Shown: positions 24,653 through 38,091, counted from the stretch's first letter. The stretch: DNA of 64,000 nucleotides from Eledone cirrhosa (GCA_964016885.1 OZ024763.1:26970001-27034000), one strand, 5' to 3'. Notes: generated by a model not told the origin, from the letters alone. Made by a program: numbers and translations.

Positions 24653-24975
24653 TTTACGTCCGCTTTTCCCTGCTTGCAAGGGTGGGACGGGAACTGATTC
24701 TGGCTTTATTTCTACAGCTGGATGCCCTTCCTAACACCAACCTCATTTACAGTGAGTGCTGGGTGTTTTTTTGCTGTGGCACCTCCACGACCACTTTGCA
24801 GTGGAATGATATGGATCCCAGTCCCTATCATCTCATTTCTACAGCTGAGTAAACTGGAACAATGTGAAATAAAGTGTCTTGCTCAAGGAAACAACACATC
24901 ACCCAGTCTGATAATTGAACTCACAACCTTTCGATTGCAAGGCCAATGCTCTAACCACTAAGCCATGTGCCTCCA
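24620..24975 (-). mobile_element. SINE family A
   Basis: Closely similar to 8826-9172. Confidence 0.88.
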
Positions 24976-25295
24976 TTTCGTCAATCCAAACTCTTTCTTT
25001 CTCTTGTTCCTACATCTGTCTATCTATTTTCCCATTTTTCTCTCAATGTTTATTAACTTAAGTCTATCTGTTGTCTCTCTGTCTGTCGTCTGTCTGTCTG
25101 TCTCTGTTTTGTCAAGAATATAAAAAAAAAATAGATGTTAAATTGTTGTTATTTTTTAAATTTCCATCCACCCTACACCCTTTATTCCATCCCACTTTCA
25201 GGACAAAGGCTCAGTAACCTTGAATGGTGTATACATCATAAGCTTTTATATACATCCTAAGTTTTTATATATATCCTTATAAATTTTACATTGTT

Positions 25296-25326
<31 letters not shown>

Positions 25327-25404
25327 CTTCCCTTCAAGCATCCTACATTGTTTTTATATATACATACACTCACACACATACATGTATATATATATATATA
25401 TATA

Positions 25405-26749
25405 TCATCATCATCATCATCATCATCAGGTTTAGCGTCCGTGTTCCACGCTTGCATGGGTTTGGACGGGGGTTTTCCCACTTGAGGCAAGAGTGGTTGT
25501 CTTGCTCGCATAGGACTGTCTGGCGGGTTTTCTACAGTTGGATGCCCTTCCTAACACCAACCACATTTACAGTGTGGGGCTGGGAGGTTTTTACCGTGTT
25601 GCCTACACGGCCACATTACAGCGTGGATTGTCTGGCGGGTTTTCTACAGCTGGATGCCCTTCCTAACACCAACCACATTTACAGTGTGGGGCTGGGAGGT
25701 TTTTACCGTGTTGCCTACACGGCCACATTTACAGCGTGGACTGTGTGTTTTTTGTCGTGACACCTACACAATCTCATTTGTTTCGGCCTGGATGTTGTGG
25801 GACCAACATAACTTTACATTGAAAGGGGCGGTGTGGGTGGGGTGGAGGTGGTGGGACGGGGGTGTGTTTTGATAGAGATGCCTACTGACTGTAGTAGGTT
25901 TTTACTTTGTATTTAGGTAAGGCGGGTCTTCTCTATTACTGAGTACCGCCAAAGGTCTCGGTCCAGTGACATTGTCTTGGAGAGGTGTAAGCGTGTGAGG
26001 TCGGAATTTATCAGCTCGTCCCATGTTTTTCTGGGTCTGCCTACTCCGTGGCTACCGTCTATCTTTATTGCCCTGCACTTTGTTATACAGCTGTCGTCTT
26101 TCATGCGCATCACGTGACCGTACCAACGTAGCCTTCTCTCGAGTAAACAACATCTGATCCCTCTTATTTCTAATTTTTTCCTTAGTTCGTTTATGCTGTG
26201 CCGTTCACGTATATTACTATTGCACATCCAGCGGAGCATGCAAGCTTCGTTCCTCTCTAGTCTGCGTATATCCTCTGCACACAATGCCCAGGTCTCACTG
26301 CCATGCAGCATTGCTGTTCGTATGCAGGCATCGTATAACCTGCCTTTCATTTTTAGGGAGAACCCTCTAGCGGCTAATAGTGGTATAAGCTCTCTGAACT
26401 TTTTCCATCCAGTTCTGACTCTAGCTACTGTACTTTCAGAGCACCCTCCCCCACTGCTGATTTTGTCACCCAGATAACGGAAGCTGTCCACTATTTCTAT
26501 AGAACCCTCTGCGCAGTTGAAGGAGCTAGTATTTTGTGGGCACTTGCTGCTACTTATTGCACCAGAGCACCGGCCACATGTAAAATCTATGTTCTTAGTT
26601 AGCTTACCTGTGATCCCACTACATCTTTTATGCACCCATACTTTGCATTTGGGACATAAAATGGAGTTTCTACCTACGCCTTTCCTACACACTGAGCATG
26701 GCCATTTCCCCGATGGGACCGCCGCCTTATTTTCTTTCCTACAAACTAG

Positions 26750-26752
<3 letters not shown>
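25405..26752 (-). mobile_element. RTE family 1, 5'-truncated copy (PHD finger, RT C-terminus, 3' UTR with ~110-bp internal duplication)
   Basis: Open frame to the stop at 25913, homologous to 460-1300. The 5' end abuts (TA)n. Confidence 0.92.
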
Positions 26753-26786
<34 letters not shown>

Positions 26787-26820
26787 CACTCACACACATA
26801 CATGTATATATATATATACA

Positions 26821-26960
26821 CAGGGTGGACCAAAAGTCGTGATACATAGGAAAAATAATTATGTTTTTATAAGAAACAATTTATTCATTTAACATGGTCT
26901 ATCTGGAAACTTAAAAATGTAATTATTTTTACTATATATTGCGACTTTTGGTCCACTCTA
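26821..26960. mobile_element. Tc1/mariner-type MITE (~140 bp)
   Basis: TIR CAGGGTGGACCAAAAGTCG / CGACTTTTGGTCCACTCTA in a TA context. Confidence 0.75.
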
Positions 26961-26983
26961 TATATATATATATATATATATAT

Positions 26984-27830
26984 CTAGGGCGGGTAAAATT
27001 CCCAAGATCCATGGACGTGTTCTTTCCAGCAATCTCTGTCCTTCATCAGCACCGACATGTCCTGTGTCTCCAAAAGACCAGTGTCTGTCCTTAGGGCATT
27101 AATATATGTCATCCTTGATCTCCTTCTTCTAGTGTGTCTATGTAGAGGTTCCCACAGAACCATTGAGTGCAGAGTCAACTATGAATGTATGTGAGCATAT
27201 CTAGCTAACCTCAGTCTCCTCCGTGTCACTTTCGAGCTGACTTTTGGGAGACTTCTATACAGCTCTGAGTTTTTCATCCTCACTGTATACTGATTAATGT
27301 TCAGAGCCATCCTCAGCATTCTTGTGTAGCACCCATCCACGATCTGAGTGAATTGCTTGGTCAGTGTCCAAGTCTCAGACCCTTACAGCAGTACAGACTC
27401 CACAGTAGCAATGAAGAGACTGATCTCCAGTTCTTCCACACCAACCTCAAATTGTGACACACTGCCCTGGCTTTGCTTTTCCTCTCAACCACATCATTCT
27501 CTATGTTCCCAATCTTTGCTCCCAAATACAGGATGTCCTAAACCAGCTCTAGCAACTTCCTGCCCACATTCATAATCTCAGCCCCACCCTCATCAACACA
27601 GTCTCCAACTCTCACAATCAACTCCTCTGCCTCCTTCACTGTGTTTGTCACCAAAGCTATGTCGTCAGCAAATTCAGCATCTGATATCTTTTTAGACTTA
27701 ACTCTAAAGAAAAAACCGAGTCCTGGTGTTTCTTCAGTACAAGACATATACAATAGTCCACTGCAATGATGAAAAGGTAGGGAGCCAATGTATCGCCCTG
27801 GAGTCAGCCAGTAGGTCAAAGACCTCCGTC
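26984..27830 (-). mobile_element. RTE-like LINE family 2, decayed RT and C-terminus
   Basis: EFADDIALV RT motif and WEPL..R C-terminal motif. Homologous to 21706-22240. Stop codon directly followed by (TA)n. Confidence 0.85.
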
Positions 27831-27842
27831 ATCCTGCCTATT

Positions 27843-28286
27843 TGTAGTGGTTGTTGTTGTAGTTGTTGTTGTAGTTGTTCTAGTGGTTGTAGTTGTTGTT
27901 GTTGTTGTAGTAGTTGTTGTAGTGGTTGTTGTAGTTGTTGTAGTAGTTGTTGTAGTGGTTGTTGTAGTTGTAGTTGTTGTGGTTGTGGTTATTGTAGTTG
28001 TTGTTGTGGTTGTGGTTGTTGTGGTTGTTGTGGTTGTTGTTGTAGTTGTTGTTGTAGTAGTTGTTGTAGTGGTTGTAGTTGTAGTTGTGGTTGTTGTAGT
28101 TGTTGTGGTTATTGTTGTCGTTGTGGTTATTGTTGTGGTTGTGGTTGTGGTTATTGTTGTGGTTGTGGTTGTGGTTATTGTTGTAGTTGTTGTGGTTGTT
28201 GTTACTGTTGTAGTGGTTGTTGTGGTTACCATTGTAGTAGTTGTGATTATTGTTGTTGTGGTTGTTATAGTTGCAGTTACTGTTGC
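27843..28286. repeat. (GTT/GTA/GTG)n trinucleotide repeat
   Basis: Direct inspection. Confidence 0.95.
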
Positions 28287-28688
28287 AGCTCACACCTATG
28301 TAGGTTTAGCTGGTCTCCTACTAGATTGTATCTCATAGGAGGTGTCTTGGGTGTTTTAATGGTAAGTACCCCAGTCCTATCATGTTATAGCTCACACTAT
28401 GTAGGTTTAGCTGCTCTCTTACAAGGTTGTATCTCATAGGAGGTTTCTTGAGTGTTTTAATGATAGGGACCCTAGTTTTATCATGTTGGTGTTGTTACAG
28501 CTCCCGATTATGTAGGTTTAGCTGACCTCCCATGAGATTGTATCACATTGGAGGTTTATTGAGTGTATTACTGATAGGGGCCTATCATGTTGTTACAGCT
28601 CACACCTATGTATGTTTAGCTAGCCTTCAATAAGGTTGTATCTCATAGGAGGTTTCTTGGGTGTTTTAATGATAGGGACCCCAGTCAC
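28287..28688. repeat. ~100-110-bp diverged tandem repeat, 4 copies
   Basis: AGCTC..TATGTAGGTTTAGCT..TTGTATCTCATAGGAGG recurs at ~28287, 28390, 28499 and 28597. Confidence 0.85.
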
Positions 28689-28839
28689 ACCAGGAAAAGC
28701 AATGTGAAATTAAAGGACTTGTTCAAGAAGACAGTGCTCTTCCTTCTGGTCCAGAATGGAGGCCTCAAACTTATGATTTTGAGGTCAACACACTGATGAT
28801 TAAGCCGACCCAAAATGTTTGTTAATAAATCCAATCCAA

Positions 28840-29163
28840 TTCAGAGCCTTCTCTCCCCTGTTGGAGGAACCCTTCTCTGGTTGACCTTCGCTGCTTTCTG
28901 CTTGGTTTTTGTCATGTCAGGGGGTTTTGCCGTACTTACTGCTCTTGGCCAATTGCGGATTGGTGAGGCTATTTAATCCATAGTTGGAGATTGATCACTG
29001 TTGACTCTGAGGTATTCGTCCACCCTTTTAACAGCTCTTGTTTTTAGTGCTGCTGGGGTTCCACTCACCCTCCTCACCAGAACAAGGTGTGGTTGGGGGG
29101 CTGGTTTAGTTGCCAACCACTCAACCATGAAGCAGGTTGTACTGGGTTACATGGTACCAGTAG
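28840..29163 (-). mobile_element. Probable RTE-type 5' UTR, possibly the 5' end of the family-2 copy at 26984-27830
   Basis: Minus strand ACACCTTGTTCTGGTGAGGAGGG resembles, from recollection, RTE/Expander 5' UTRs. Same orientation as the nearby RT fragment. Confidence 0.4.
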
Positions 29164-29167
29164 CAAT

Positions 29168-29455
29168 AAATAATGATTTCTACTATAGGCATAAGGCCAC
29201 CAATTTGGGGGAGGGGAAAGTCGATTAAATCGAACCCAGTATGTTACTGGTGCTTTATTTTATCAACCCCCGTAAGGATGAAAGGCAAAGCTTACCTCAG
29301 CGAGATTTGACCTCAGAAAGCAAAGTGCCGTAACTCTATGCCGCGAAGCATGGTGTCCGACACTCTACTGATTCTGCCAATCAAGTAGCAGTAAATAATT
29401 GTTTCTACTTTAGGCACAAGGCCAGCAATTACCCAATACATTACTGGTACTTTAT
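29168..29455 (-). mobile_element. SINE family B copy plus extra 3' fragment
   Basis: Homology to 6749-6940. Confidence 0.75.
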
Positions 29456-29619
29456 AAATAATGATATCTCAAAACCCCAGCTATATTTGGGAAGTGCCCT
29501 TACTTAAATGCAGGTATGGACTTGATAATTGGAAAGTACAGAAGATGTAGTGGGATCTCTACCAATGTGATAAAGAATGGGGCTTTTCGATGGGGGTAGA
29601 TATATAAAAAAAGTCTATC

Positions 29620-30482
29620 TCGAGCCTGGAGGGTCATCAGGTCAGCACTTATCCTAGTTTCTGTGGCATGAAGCAGCTGAGAGTACAATATTCCCCCTGG
29701 AAAGGTCACCAGTCCATCACAGCGTTAAAGTGTATCTTGAACCTGGTGAGTCATCAAGTCGGACTGGTGCTTATCCTGGTTTCTGTGTCTTGAAGTGACT
29801 GAGAGTACAAGATTCCTCCTGGATAGGACACGAGTCCATCACAAGGTTAAATCATCCAGTCATTGCTGCTGGTACTCATTTTCAGCTGAGTATACTGGAG
29901 CAGCATGAAATGAAGTGTTTTGCTCAAGAACACAACACACAAACCAATCCAGCAATCAAACCCATGATATTATGATCGTAAGACCAACACTCTTACCCCA
30001 AGGCCATGTACCTCCAGTAGAAGTGGGCACCTATGACATGAAAAACCCACAAATTACCCAGAGAATTAATTATCCAGTCCATCGCAGGGTTAAAACCCTT
30101 AGTAATTACTGGTACTCATTTTCAGCTGAGTATACTGGAGCAATGTGAAATGAAGTGTTTTGCTCACAACTGAGACCAGGAATCAAATCCATGGTATTAT
30201 GGTTGTAAGTCCAACACATTTACCACTAGGTCACTTTCATCCTTCTCAGTCTATCACTGGGTTAAACCTCCTGGCTACTCATTTTCAGCTGAGTGTACTG
30301 GAGCAATGTGAAGTAAAGTGTCTTGTTCAAGAACACAACACAACACACAAACCAGTCCAGCAATCAAACCCATGATATTATGATCGTAAGACCAACACTC
30401 TTACCCCAAGGCCATGTACCTCCAGTAGAAGTGGGCACCTATGACATGAAAAACCCACAAATTACCCAGAGAATTAATTATC
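29620..30482 (-). mobile_element. Cluster of tandem SINE family C fragments
   Basis: Repeated ACTCATTTTCAGCTGAGT..CTGGAGCA..GTGAA, homologous to 57252-57485. A ~130-bp block (29940-30072) is duplicated at 30350-30482. Confidence 0.75.
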
Positions 30483-30635
30483 TATCTAGGTGACCTAATT
30501 ATTAGTGAGAGGGGTTGATGGGGTATATGGGTGGTGGTGGTGGTGGCAGCTTATCAGCTCCCCATTTCTCCCACCACATTCTTCACTATCAAGGTAGTTG
30601 GAAATATCTAGCATTCCTTCCTAACCTTCTTTTCT

Positions 30636-30671
<36 letters not shown>

Positions 30672-30691
30672 TTCAGCTTCAAAACAATGGA

Positions 30692-31759
<1,068 letters not shown>

Positions 31760-31770
31760 TGTATATATAC

Positions 31771-31805
<35 letters not shown>

Positions 31806-31851
31806 CAATATATATATATACATATATATATATATGTACATATATATATAC

Positions 31852-31884
<33 letters not shown>

Positions 31885-32348
31885 CATACCACGTTCACAG
31901 TGTGGACTGGGAGGTTTTTACCGTGTTACCTACACGGCCACATTACAGCGTGGACTGTGTGTGTTTTTTGTCGTGACACCTACACGACCTCATTTGTTTC
32001 GGACTGGATGTTGTGGTACCAACATAACTTTACATTGGAAGGGGTGGTGTGGATGGGGTGGGGGTAGTGGGGCCGGGGTGTATTTTTGTTAGAGGTGTCT
32101 ACTGACTGTAGGTTTCGCTTTGTACTTATGTAAGGCGGGTCTTCTCTATGACTGTGTATCGCTTGGAGAGGTGTAAGTGTGTGAGGTTGGAATTTATCAA
32201 GTCGTCCCAGGTTTTTCTGGGTCTGCCTACTCCGTGGCTACCGTCTATTTTTATTGCCCTGCACTTTTTTTATACAGATGTCGTCTTTCATGCGCATCAC
32301 GTGACCATACCAACGTAGTCTTCTCTCGAGTAAACAGCATCTGATCCC

Positions 32349-32380
<32 letters not shown>

Positions 32381-32392
32381 TGTATATATATA

Positions 32393-32482
32393 TTTTTCAG
32401 TACGTCTTCATCAGATAAAATATATGATTTGATATATGACATACTGCTACGGCCTTGATTATACAATTCCAGTATTGGCAGT
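32393..32482 (-). mobile_element. Truncated copy of the 40583-40740 hammerhead element
   Basis: Minus strand ACTGCCAATACTGGAATTG..TTTTAT-CTGATGA-AGACGTACTGAAAAA, then (TA)n. Confidence 0.75.
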
Positions 32483-32509
32483 TATTATATATATATATAT
32501 ATATTCTTT

Positions 32510-32722
32510 CTTATCGATCGACTTTCGTCAAATCGGACCGAAGAAACAATGTTTCCGTCGGTCTTTCCAGTTGCTAGTACTATCTATCGTCGGTCGCAAC
32601 TCCAGGTAGAAGGAGCAACGTGAAATAAAGTGTCTTGCTCAAAGACATAACGCATCGCCCGGTCCAGGAATCGAACTTACAACGTCAAGACTGCGAATCC
32701 AATTCTCTAACCACTCAGCCAC
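32510..32722 (-). mobile_element. tRNA-derived SINE family E; 3' parts also at ~35581-35672 and ~41695-41790
   Basis: Minus strand GTGGCTGAGTGGTTAG..GTTCGATTCC..TTGAGCAAGACACTT. Confidence 0.75.
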
Positions 32723-32745
32723 ACATATATATATATATGTATGTA

Positions 32746-32785
<40 letters not shown>

Positions 32786-33006
32786 TGTATATATATATGT
32801 GAGTGTGTGTATCTCCCCCCCCCTCTCTCTCTATATATATATATATGTCTGTATATATATATATATATATATGTAGATAAATCTACCAAGAGTTTACGGT
32901 AGTGTCCAATCCGTATGAAGAACTCAATGTATTCCGGATATCATGGAAAGAAGAAATGTAATGAAAAATCACTTTCGGTGAAAGATAAACGGTATACAGA
33001 GTCAAG

Positions 33007-33407
33007 ATAAAATATTAAACAAATAATGAATAAACAATTCCTTATATTAAACAAAAAAAGTTCATTATTTAACGATCGTTTCTAGGATATATATGTGTTA
33101 GAGTTGGCATGCATATTCAACAGATCTATGTACAAAATTATACAAAATTATACAAACTATCAAGATTAAATATACATACCAACACATATATACGCCGTCT
33201 TCATTATTTCTGAAGACGGCGTATATATGTGTTGGTATGTATATTTAATCTTGATAGTTTGTATAATTTTGTATAATTTTGTACATAGATCTGTTGAATA
33301 TGCATGCCAACTCTAACACATATATATCCTAGAAACGATCGTTAAATAATGAACTTTTTTTGTTTAATATAAGGAATTGTTTATTCATTATTTGTTTAAT
33401 ATTTTAT
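33007..33407. repeat. ~400-bp palindrome folded at the start of a hammerhead
   Basis: Centre GCCGTCTTCA-TTATTTC-TGAAGACGGC. Confidence 0.92.
33200..33353 (+). ncRNA. Type-I hammerhead ribozyme with 10-bp stem I and long stem II
   Basis: TTCATTATTT-CTGAAGA-CGG..TATATATGTGTT...AACACATATATA..CC-TA-GAAA-CGATCG-TT-AAATAATGAA. Confidence 0.75.
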
Positions 33408-33470
33408 ATATATATATATATATATATGAGTGTATCTCTCCCTCTCTCTCTCTCTCTCTGTGCGTGTGTG

Positions 33471-34819
33471 TATAGGAATCACATTTAACAATTTACGGGT
33501 ACGACGTACTAAGCTAGAATGTCGTATGACATTATTGCATTGTTGTAGGTTCAAATCAGGCCTAGAGCCATGAGAAATACAGTCTAGATTTACTTTATGA
33601 ATTCCCCTCGGAGGATGAATTCAAGGACATCCCGAAAAAGCCATGAACACCACTACATCGAGTTTTCAACCGAACAAAATGTAGTTTTATAAATATTAAT
33701 TTTCAGAACGAATTCGTACAGTCCCTATAATTTGCACACACGCAAAACTTTTGCATTAATTTTTGCGTTTAAGTCAGGCAAGAGTTATGTTTCTTGGCAA
33801 AAATGTCAAGTTTGTTTACAAAAAAAATCCTTTTGTTTAAAAAAGTTCGTCTGAATTTTTAGTTTACCTCTTTTAAAATGAAAAAAAAAAAAGAAAGTAA
33901 GTTTATAAATATTAATTTTCAGTACGATTTCGTAACCGTCTCGGTGGCCTAATGGTAGGTGTTAGAGACAGTGGAGATTCTTGTCGGGAGTTCAATGTCT
34001 GTCCGTTCTACATCAAACACTTCATAACACATTTTTTAAAAAGTAGGAAGCTAATTGGGAAAATTGAACAAGTAACAAACATTTACCAAACATAATTGGT
34101 ATACTGTGGAATATTTACTATACAGGTGGGTGGTGGAACATTCTTTTATGTGAGTGTGGGTGATGACGCCAAAATATTTGGCAACCCTTGGCTTACACCT
34201 TACTAAATGTGCTGGGGACAAGCCTCCTAGTTATATATCATAGTTCTTCAGTCCTTTATCTTCCACAGTCGGTGAGGTATTTCGTCTTTGATATGACGAT
34301 CGCAGAGTTCTATTTAGCAGATATGGCATTGTATCGTCTAGCCATCTGAAAAAGGTGTCTAAAAATATATAATATATAGATACATACACATACATATATA
34401 TTTACACATATGTATATAGAGTCACATATAGGCGAACTTTTTTAAACAAAAGGATTTTTTTTGTAAACAAACTTGACATTTTTGCCAAGAAACATAACTC
34501 TTGCCTAACTTAAACGCAACAATTAATGCAAACATTTTGCGTGTGTGCAAATTATAGGGACTACGAATTCGTTCTGAAAATTAATATTTATAAAACTACA
34601 TTTTGTTCGGTTGAAAAAAACTCGATGTAGTGGCGTTCATGGCTTTTTCGGGACGTCCTTGAATTGATTCCCCGAGGGGAATTCCTAAAGTAAATCTAGA
34701 CTTTATTTCTCATGGCTCTAGGCTTGATTTGAACCTACAATAACTCCGCCTGCAATAATGTCATACGTCATTCCAGCTTAGTACGTCGTACCCGTAAATT
34801 GTTAAACGTGGTTCCTATA
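33471..34819. mobile_element. Fold-back / long-TIR non-autonomous DNA element (~380-bp arms)
   Basis: 33471-33851 is reverse complementary to 34430-34819, TA at both ends. Internal tRNA-like cassette at ~33935-34010. Confidence 0.85.
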
Positions 34820-35532
34820 TATACATGCAAGTAAGATTTGAACCTACAATGCTGTGCTTAATTTCTATTAATAACTATTAACTGCTGAATAGTTCTCTTG
34901 TTTTTGTTTGTTGTTACCATTATTTACTGTAAATGGCGACTGTGACGAGACTGGATTATTACCGAGTTTTACTTTTAAAATAAAACCAATAAACAGGACA
35001 GGTAGACTCAGAGACCAGGTAGGAATAATCTAAAATTAATAAAAAAAAAAGACAATGTTTAAAGAAAGACAAACATTAAAAAAGGATTTCCAACAAACAC
35101 GTAAAGACAAAGACAATCACATCCACAATTTAATATCTGAAGATCAACATTTTCCACGATATAAATAAAACTAAACATGTAAAGTTAAGTGACCTCTCAT
35201 TTATTTGCTCTAACTTTATTTTACTAATCTGTATTCTGAAGACATATATTTTCGTTGGTGTACATTACGATTTCGTTGATGAAAGTTTTCACTCGTCTTT
35301 AGATCTATATTTTACTTTTGGAATACTGTATTAACAATTATATCACTCGTCTTTAGATCTTTATTTCTTATAAAAGTTATAATACTCACCTCTTCCCATT
35401 ATATTTTCATATATACTTATATATATTTGAAAAAAGGAAAAGAATGTCTTGACTTGTAGTTCTAAACAATTTGATTTAATTTTATAATTTTCAAATATAC
35501 CTTACTGTACCAAGGATTTCAAACATTTTCCA

Positions 35533-35567
<35 letters not shown>

Positions 35568-35682
35568 CATATATATATTTACTTCTACCTGGAGTTTCGA
35601 CCGATAGATAGTATTAGCAATTAGAAAGACCAATGGAAACATTGTTTCCTCGCTCCGATTTGACGAATCTCGATATATATAT

Positions 35683-35888
35683 ATAGGAACGAGTAGGACC
35701 CCAGCTTAGCGGAAAAGTCTGGATACGGCGTGGTAGGGTCGGAAAGTGCTCTACTACGGGAGTAGGAGCTAGATAACGAAGACCATAACGCACCAAAGTA
35801 CTCAATACTTAGGGTAGTAGAGTGGGTAATAGGAACGAGTAGGACCCCTGGGGGTCCACCTGGTTCTTTACCACATTTCCTTCGTTAT
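35683..35888 (-). mobile_element. Rearranged family-D element; two segments start at the predicted hammerhead cleavage site
   Basis: ATAGGAACGAGTAGGACCCC ends at 35702 and at 35848 and lacks the GACGGC continuation seen at 31313. Confidence 0.8.
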
Positions 35889-36730
35889 ATATATATATAT
35901 ATATATATACATACCCATACATTCATATTTACCCACTTCTATGTAACTATACATACATATATACACATACCATATACCATCATAATAACGATTGACTAAC
36001 CATCGGGACACATGCTTGCTCATGTGAAAATTCTCACAGAGACACTTACGAAAACCGAACTTGCAACGCCACGTACACTTACATACACACACTTGTACAT
36101 ACACAGACGTACAGAAGAGGTATGACTTATATAGGTACATCAAAGTTTAGGTTTCGCTATTGTACCATTCGAGGTAGTTAGAAAGAAGTACCAGTGTAGT
36201 ACTGGGGTCGATTCTTCTATATCTCTTTCTCAATTCCTTTCTCTCACTCTCTATCATTATCTGTAAGACATCTGTGAGCAGATCTGGGGTGGAGATGGCA
36301 TCTGTCAACTTTTACAAAATACACTAGACACCCTGAATGTCAATGTAGGGCCTCTAGGACTCCCTCACAAGTTATAGGTCCCTACATACATATATACCAA
36401 CATCAGACAGATTCTTTATTTAGATCTCTTTTACTCGATGATGCAAGACAAGTTTTCAGTGAGTAAGAAGGAATATTTGTGATATGAAGGGAGAACCTCT
36501 CTGAATAAATATTACATAGTTAAGATGCTACGTAAAGCAGGCGGTGACAACATCGAGGACCAGATGTGCCATGTGGAAATAGACATCGACATATATATAT
36601 ACAAAGATAGGGGGACCTTATCATCATAGACTCTTGGGCTTATGAACACACACACACACAAACATATATATATGTGTGTGTGTGTGTGGCTTCTGCAGGA
36701 CTAGAACTGTTTCATTCGGAAGAAATCAAG

Positions 36731-36782
36731 GGCTTTCCTGATGATTTCTTCCGAATGAAACAGTTCTAGTCCTGTAGAAGCC
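36731..36782 (+). ncRNA. Type-I hammerhead ribozyme inside a short fold-back (36688-36782)
   Basis: GGCTTTC-CTGATGA-TTTC-TTCC-GAAT-GAAA-CAG-TTCTAGTC-CTG-TA-GAAGCC. Confidence 0.72.
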
Positions 36783-38091
36783 ATTTCTATATTAAATATT
36801 ATGTATTAAGTATTTATACTCTGCTATGTAATGAGTACCTTACTTACTGTGGTTACCGCCGATTGAACCCGGGATAAACATATATATATATACGGGTGTA
36901 CGGTATCCTCAAGTTAAGACTAAGGATTCCGCCTAATGTCCCGCTACACATCACTTCATCTTCGTGTAAATGTTGATTAGTAAATAAACCGTGTATCTCA
37001 CATGTAAGAGGGAAAGCCATCGCAAGTGTGGAGGATAAGAGACGTGTGAAAATAATAATAATAATAGTGTTAAAATTATTAATAGTAGTAGTTGTAATGA
37101 TAAAGTGAGGGGGGGGGGACAACATTATTATAAATACTTATGTTCACACAAACTTACACAGGTTCAAATCAAGCAAGTTCCTTACCGTGTGAGGATAAAA
37201 AAAAATTGTTTTAAGTTGATTCGAAATCCAACCACGGCATTCCCTAGTTCTATGTCTTACCACTAGACTATAAAGACTTAAGTAATTTTCTACTGAATAT
37301 ATACACATATAAACTTATTTTCAGTCTAACAATAAAATAGCTTTAAATGTGTTAATTTCACTCCGTATTTGTTCGTCTGTAGGTGGCCGTGTGGGTAGTT
37401 GTGGTGTATCTATGCATCAATTGAGTGTGTATAGATTGGAGATAAGGTTTCGATGTTTAACTTAGCCTTTTGGGCTACCCGGGGCCACGATCATCTCGAA
37501 GCCACCTTTTTAGTTCCGCTTCCGCTCGAACCTACACTACATACCTAGTTAGCTACAAACACTACCTTACCACACGCCCGTAATTCTACTGTGCAAATTT
37601 CATATTTTTAAATCTATTTTTGCATTTCTTTAATAATGAACCACATACGATGTTTGACATAATGGAAAAAAAAAATTTATTTTACTACTTCATAAGCTCT
37701 GGCAGGTATCGAAAACCTGATATATAGATTCATTTTACTTACGTCAAAACACACATATGTATATATAATAATAATTTTTTTATAACTTTTCAGTGACAAA
37801 ATACATACATCGATAGGGTTTCCAATCTCAGAAATTTCTCCACTAGAGATATGTGTGTGTGTATATCTTTATTATTCCTTCGAAAAGTAGTTTTAATTTA
37901 AAAAAATTATATATTTCACTATTTCCAAAGTCCTGGCAGATATTGCAACTCCATCTGTAGATTCATTTAAATACATTGTATTTATTTGACTTACGTGAAA
38001 TTAAATATATAATTTGTTTTTAAATTTTGTTTTCAAGTACCAAAATAAAAACACATTAGTAAGGTTTTCAGTCTCTTAAATGCGTGGTTGT

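Larger units (their letters stand above)
34880..37160. repeat. Dispersed ~2-kb non-coding repeat, copy 1
   Basis: Colinear homology with 40935-42400 and 59150-60840 (e.g. GTATGACTTATAT.GGTACATCAAAG, GAATATTTG.GATATGA). Confidence 0.85.

Noticed and set aside
27726-28439. Cys-rich metallothionein-like and poly-Thr mucin-like ORFs
   Set aside because: They arise from a (GTT/GTA)n repeat lying in LINE debris.
33935-34010. Functional tRNA genes here, at ~37215-37280 and at 63255-63790
   Set aside because: A and B boxes are present but there are no consistent acceptor or anticodon stems. Treated as tRNA-derived repeat modules.
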